Below are positions 58,553 to 64,000 of a DNA stretch of 64,000 bases, piece by piece (the first letter of the stretch is position 1; each line of letters starts with the position of its first letter). Made by a program: the position numbers and the translations under genes. Location of the stretch: contig JANHCV010000001.1 in the NCBI GenBank assembly GCA_025594325.1, positions 2,294,001 through 2,358,000 of the forward strand, in the 5' to 3' direction. The notes beneath the pieces were generated by a model. The model was given only the letters and a program-made list of their open reading frames with translations. It was not told the origin of the DNA and ran no database searches. Source of the DNA: Blastocladiella emersonii ATCC 22665 (lineage: Eukaryota; Fungi; Blastocladiomycota).

Positions 58553-60071
58553 ATGTATCGCACTTTGATCGCTTCATCACTCCCTGCATTGTGCAGCTTG
58601 CGCTGTTATGCATCGATTTGCCGCGTGACGGCTGCCCCGGGGCTGGCTCGTGCATTCCACTCGGCCGCGGCTAGTTGGGCCCGGAAACGGGCCAAAGTAG
58701 ACTACGAGCGTGAGCCGCCCGTTGAAATGCATTCCCCACAACCGCAAATCGATCTCTCGCACTCTGAGCCAGCTCCGAAACCGCCGCGGCCGAAGAGAAA
58801 GCGCAAACCGCCGCAGCCGCCCATGCCGCCAGGGACGAACCGGCTCACAAAGCCCAAACCGCGACCCACCCCGGTTCAGTCCTCCCAAACCGTCATTGAC
58901 GCGCAGCTCGACACGCCGACCCTCTTGTCGCTCCACCACACGGTCACCACGCCGCGTCGCGCCGTACCCGAGCGCGAGCTGTTCACGGCGTCCTACTTTT
59001 TCCAGTGCTCGACGCCGACCATGGTCTACTCGCACTTTCGCTTCACGCCCGAGACGATGCCGAGCCTCGGTAACTACCCCGAGATCGCCGTGATCGGTCC
59101 CTCGAATGCGGGCAAGTCGACGCTGCTCAAATCGCTCGTCACGCGCCTCAACGGCAAGATTGCCACCGCGTCCAAGAAGCCCGGGTCGACCAAGTCCATC
59201 AACTTCTACAATCTCAGCAACCGACTCATGCTCGTCGACACCATGGGCTACGGTATCGGGTCCAAGCGCGACTGGGGCGGCTCGATCGAGGCGTACCTCA
59301 CGCACCGCAAAGAGTATGTCGCTCTTGCATCCCGTTCTCGTGGCGATCTCTAACTCACGAGTCTGCGTGCGTAGGCTTCGACACGTGTACTGGCTGCTGC
59401 CCGCGCACGCTTCGGTGCACGAGTTTGACCTCGCCATCGGCGAGCTGCTTCGCCGGCTCAACATCCGCTACACGGTGATTATGACGCAGATCGACACGCT
59501 GCCCTCTACCGCCGCCTTTTTGCGCCAGCTCGACACCATGTACCGCACCCACGTCGAGCCAGCGCCCATGCTGTGCGACGGCATCATCCCGATCTCGTCG
59601 CTCCGCTTCACGCCGACCTGGGACCCGCTGTACCTCGGGACCACGGACCTCGCGGGCCGCATCGCGACCGCCGCCGCGCACCACGACCCGCCCATGCCCG
59701 CGCCCACGTCGCGCATGCCGGGCCTGCACCTCGGCTGGGTCTCGGCCAACGAGAACCAGGTCCGGTACAAGGTCCCGCAGCACAGCGCGACGCCCGCGCT
59801 CCACCTCAACAAGCCGGGCCAGGCCGAGCTGCAGCACCACATCATGAACGTCACCGGCCAGGACATGGAGCGCTGGCACGTCAGGGCCGCTAAGGCCTTC
59901 ACGCCGCAGGTCAAGGACGGCGCCGCGAACGCTGAACCGGTGCCGCCCGAGAACCTGAGCTCCAAGGCGCGCGGCAAAGCGACCATGGACGAGCTCATGA
60001 ACGCGATCAAGAGCGACGCCAAGAAGAGGAATCGGTTCGGCAAGCCGATCAAGAAGAACAAACGGAAGTGA
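58553..60071 (+). CDS. EngB/YihA-family GTPase, probably mitochondrial (GTPBP8/Mrx8-like)
   Basis: PEIAVIGPSNAGKSTLL (G1), KKPGSTKSINFY (G2), LVDTMGYG (G3). Arg/Ser-rich presequence-like N-terminus from ATG 58553 (alternative 58499). Intron 59314-59374. Confidence 0.85.
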
Positions 60072-60126
60072 ATACATTGTCATCATATTCAATCACGTCC
60101 ACAATGGGTATCGATCTCAAGTGCCC

Positions 60127-61524
60127 CTAGATCAGCGTCCCGAACGCGAGCGCAATCACGGCGATGATGGCCACGGCCCACGTCAGCGTCGCGCGCGACC
60201 CCGAGTTGGTGAGGTTGCTCCACGAGGCATCGGGCACCGAGTCGGGCGTGACCATGAGCTCGGCCGGGATGTTGTACTTGCCCGTGAGGTACTGCGAGTC
60301 GGCGGGGAGGCCGAGGCACTCGTGCATGGGGACGATCTTGATGCCCTTCTTGCGGATCATGGCCACGATGTCGGATACGGCGAGGGCCGACTCCTTGAAC
60401 AGGTCGTGCTGGAGCGTGATCTACGCGAGACGAGCGACCGGCGTGAGTGAAAGCTTCCTTGGTGGCCATGGCGGTGGCCGCGCGGCCAACGTACCACGCC
60501 GACCGACCGGTTGGTCATGAGGTACGCGTCGAGCGCGTTCTGGAAGTTGGACGTGATGACGTTGCTGCCGAGCTGGTGCATGTCAAAGTCCTTGGTGTCG
60601 ACGTTGATGAGCTGCACGTTGTAGCCCAGCGCCTCGAGGTGCGCCGACATGGTCATGTTGATCTCAAGGTACGGCGGGCGGAAGTAGCGCGGCACCTTGC
60701 CGATGGCCGACGCAACGACCAGATCGTTGAACTGCATCTCCATGAGGAACCGGTTCCACTCGAGGTACTTGGCCTTGTTGTTGCCCGTCGTGCCGTACAC
60801 TGCGCGAGCGGTCGTTAGCGGTGCCCAGCGGTCGCAGGTGATACCCAGCCGTTTCGGGCATGATCCGAAGCGCAAAACGTACCCATTCCGGTGTGCGTGA
60901 ACGTGTGGGTGCCGATGGTATGGTTGCTGGCGTAGGCGGCCTGCAAACCGCGGAGCCACTTCTTGTTCGAGGACGTCAGGTTGGCGATACGGTACGCGTT
61001 GACGTAGAAGGTGGCCTTGACACCGAGTTCGTCGAGTAGTGCCACAAGGCCTTGCGTGACATCTGAAGGCCCGTCGTCGAACGTAATACTCGCAATCGAC
61101 CTAAAAACGGTGCGGGAAGGCGCGGGAAGGGCGCGGGAAGGCGCGGGAAGGTGAGCGCTCCACACTTGCGCGGACGTTTCCGAGCAAATTTGACGTACTT
61201 GTCGACACAGCCGGTCGTGATAGCATCCTCGGTCTTGACCTTACACGCTCCACAGTCCTTGGGGCAGTTGAGGCAGTTCTCCTTGCCGCTGGCGTTGCAA
61301 ACGCCGTCGCCGCACACGGCGTTGGTCGCTTTGTCGCTCACGTGGTACGCCTTGAGGACGTTGAGCAGGCCCTGCTTGGGCGTCGTGCAGTCGGGCACGT
61401 TGCACCACGAGATGTCGCCCTCCTTGTACGAAAAGTCGAGCGCGCGGACGCCGCTCGTGCGCGGGCTCAGCGTCAGGCCGAGCAGGACGGCGAGCAGCAG
61501 AACGAGGTGCACGCGATGATTCAT
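60127..61524 (-). CDS. Secreted or membrane-anchored polysaccharide (chitin) deacetylase, CE4/NodB family
   Basis: Signal peptide; CE4 motifs TFDDGP, HTFTH, RPPY, DTKDF, ITLQHD; C-terminal hydrophobic anchor; three introns. Confidence 0.9.
61112..61151. repeat. Four copies of GCGGGAAGG within the first intron of the CE4 gene
   Basis: Units at 61112, 61122, 61133 and 61143. Confidence 0.9.
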
Positions 61525-62530
61525 GGTAGTGGGTTACGGTGTATAGACCGCCGATGAGGTGCTCGAGAGAGACCGTTGATAGGCACTAGGTGTTCGAGAG
61601 CGTCGATAGGCACTACCCGCAAATCAATTTGAGCGGTCCTCCGAATGCGGCTATCCCATCGGAACCGACCAGTGTTGGAATTTTGACCGACCGGTCACAT
61701 GCGGCAGTGCATTTAACTTGACTGTGTGCGGTGGAACAGCGCCGGAGCGCATGTCTCGCACCTGAGCGACGCGTCTCGCACCCGGCCCGTGACTTTCACG
61801 TGACGTTGCGGCGGACGCGTTTTTCGTTTTCCGAGTGTTCGCAACCTCACTTGCGTGTCTCCCGCCAGCGAAATTGCGCTGCGCTAGAACGTCTCGCACA
61901 GTTAACGCGAGATCCGCTTCGATCCCTCTATTCTCAAGCGTGCTGCACCCGGCGCTCAATCCGGCGGGCACCACGCTATTGCCCCGACCACACGCCGATA
62001 TCCGAGGCCCATCTTCACTGGGCTTTCCGTTTCTCACGCCGGGCTCGCTCTGGCCGTAATTCTCTCGGCCGACCGCGACGGGCGAGACGCGCGCGCGCGA
62101 GTGGAACGGTCGAGTTCACGCTCACGCGTGTCCTCCTGGAACCGCTCCATCACCCATGCATCGGACAACCGCTACATGTTGTTAACTACGCGAGCAGGAC
62201 CTCGCGCAATACCCTGACCTGTGGCGCCCCGCTCGGAAACCCGGCCTGCCCCACCCGCGTCGCGTGCCCGGCCTCGGCCCATGACTCGGCGTTCGGGGAA
62301 ACCGCGATTTCCTCGGCACATGTATCGAACCTCGCACTCTACCTGTCAACCCTCGGCCACCACACCCTCCCGCGCCATCTAGCGCGTGCACGTGCCCCGT
62401 CGAGCACGCTGTCGACCACGTCTCCGCACCGTCCTCGCCACCTCCTCGCGCGCCGCAACCCCGTCGTTCCACCGTCGCGCCGCCGCACCACCCGCTCGAC
62501 TGCCCGCTCCCGCTCGCGACCGCGCCCGTC

Positions 62531-64000
62531 ATGGCGCCGGACTCTCGAAGCGAGCTGCGGGTCCCCTTGCTCATCGCATGGAACGTGCTCGCGCTCGGGT
62601 CGCTGCTGGCCTTCACCTACCTCGCCTACGGCCTGCGCGAAGATGTGATCGTGCGGCGCATGCCGCACCTCATGATCGTGTGCAGCGTCGCGCTCATCTT
62701 CCTCGTCAACTGCGGGATCCAGACCCTGTTCGCACACCCCGACGCGCCCGCGCTCAACGACAACCTGACCCGGTTTATCGCCATCGCGTTTGGCATCCCG
62801 CTCTGGATTGTACGTCGCGGACCCGCCGCCGCCGCCGCGCGTCGTCGCCGGTCGCATACTCATATCCACTCGTCGTGTAGTGCGCCTACCTCCTGCGCGC
62901 CTTTGTGCTCCTCGCCGACCACTTTCTGAACGTGCAGCTGCTCCACGAGTCGTCGACCAACGAGTCGTTTGACTGGCGGATCCACCTCAACTGGAGCGAG
63001 CGGCTGTGCGTGCGCATGCACTGGTGGAGCTTCCCCTTCTTCTTCCGCGAGGAGGACATTGTCTCGGGCCGGTGGTACCGCGGCATGGCGATCCCCGTGT
63101 GCATCTTCGCGACACTCGTCTTCTCGGGCCTCGTCCTCGCGCCGCTCGGCCTGCTGTGGGGCGAGTGCTTCACGCCGGCCAAGGGCGGGTTCCCCGCGTG
63201 CATGTGGGACGGCAAGTACTCGAACCTGTACACGATGCCGTTGCTGCTGGTCATGGTCGGGTGGACGCTGTTCATGGCCTTCATCCTCGTCGTCCTCACC
63301 CGCGTCAAGGACCAGCTGTACCTCCGCATGGAGCTGACCGCGCAGTTCCTCCTCGTCATCACCATGTTCGCCGTCGGGTTCGGCATCCAGCTCGCGCCGA
63401 TCAAAGACCCGTCCGTCGACCCGGGCACCGCCACGGTCCTCGCTGTCATCGCGTGCGTCTTCCTCATCGCCATCACGTTCCCCGTCGCGGCGTGGGGCAT
63501 CCAGCGGATACGAACGCTCGTGACGGGCGGCGCGCAGCCCATGCAGCACACGACCGAGTCGTTCCAGCGATTGCTCGCGGTGCGTCTACATCCGACCTTG
63601 CCGCGTGCGTGGCGACGGGCTGACACTCTCGCCCGCGTGTAGGACAAGGAGCTGTTCGCGCAGTTCAAGAAAGTGCTCGCCGAGCACTTCAGTCTCGAGA
63701 ACGGCCTGTTCTGGTACGTCGCCACGGTCGCCCGGGTACTCGTGTGTGCTCCAACTGACGATGCGCGCGCTAATGTAGGGACGACTTTCGGGAAGTCGAA
63801 GTGCTGGTGTCGACGAAAAAGGGCGACGACGGGATCAAGGCCGCGCTCAACAAGCTGTACCTGCTGTACGTGCCGCCGGGGGCGCCGCGCGAGCTCAACC
63901 TGATGAGCAGCACGCGCGAGTCGGTGATCCGCGACTTCAATGGCGGGCGGCTGTCGCTGCGGTCGTTCGAGCCCGTCAAGAAGGAGGTGTTCGACATGAT
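62531..64000 (+). CDS. Multi-TM (7TM-like) protein fused to an RGS domain; 3'-truncated by the window
   Basis: About seven hydrophobic segments, then RGS consensus FKKVLAEHFSLENGLFW..KLYLLYVPPGAPRELNL..TRESV..FEPVKKEVFDM across three introns. Confidence 0.85.

Overview
This is GC-rich (roughly two-thirds G+C, judged by eye), gene-dense eukaryotic DNA with short GT-AG introns, mostly 54-136 nt. It most likely comes from a zoospore-forming early-diverging fungus (Blastocladiomycota- or chytrid-like). That is an inference from fungal-type SPT3, STS1/Cut8, DBP5 and Abz2-like genes sitting alongside a WAVE-complex subunit (NCKAP1), a ciliary SPAG8-like protein and a 7TM-RGS protein. About 26 protein-coding genes can be supported. 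I saw no rRNA, tRNA, CRISPR array or intact mobile element. The most notable items are: (1) a six-copy tandem array (16.4-24.6 kb) of an uncharacterised DUF7918-like family whose diverged tails all keep SUMO-acceptor, SIM and NLS motifs; (2) an intron-containing host gene built around a Ty3/Gypsy-integrase-like HHCC zinc-binding domain with no catalytic core; (3) a double-BTB protein with a bacterial-looking module inserted in a split IPT/TIG-like domain; (4) two DBP5 paralogues 8 kb apart; (5) an SPT3 with an insertion of about 520 aa; (6) two recurrent intergenic motifs, CTTGATGCAAC and GTGCGAGAC. All family assignments come from recognising motifs by eye, not from database searches. Exon boundaries are predicted from splice signals and frame continuity.
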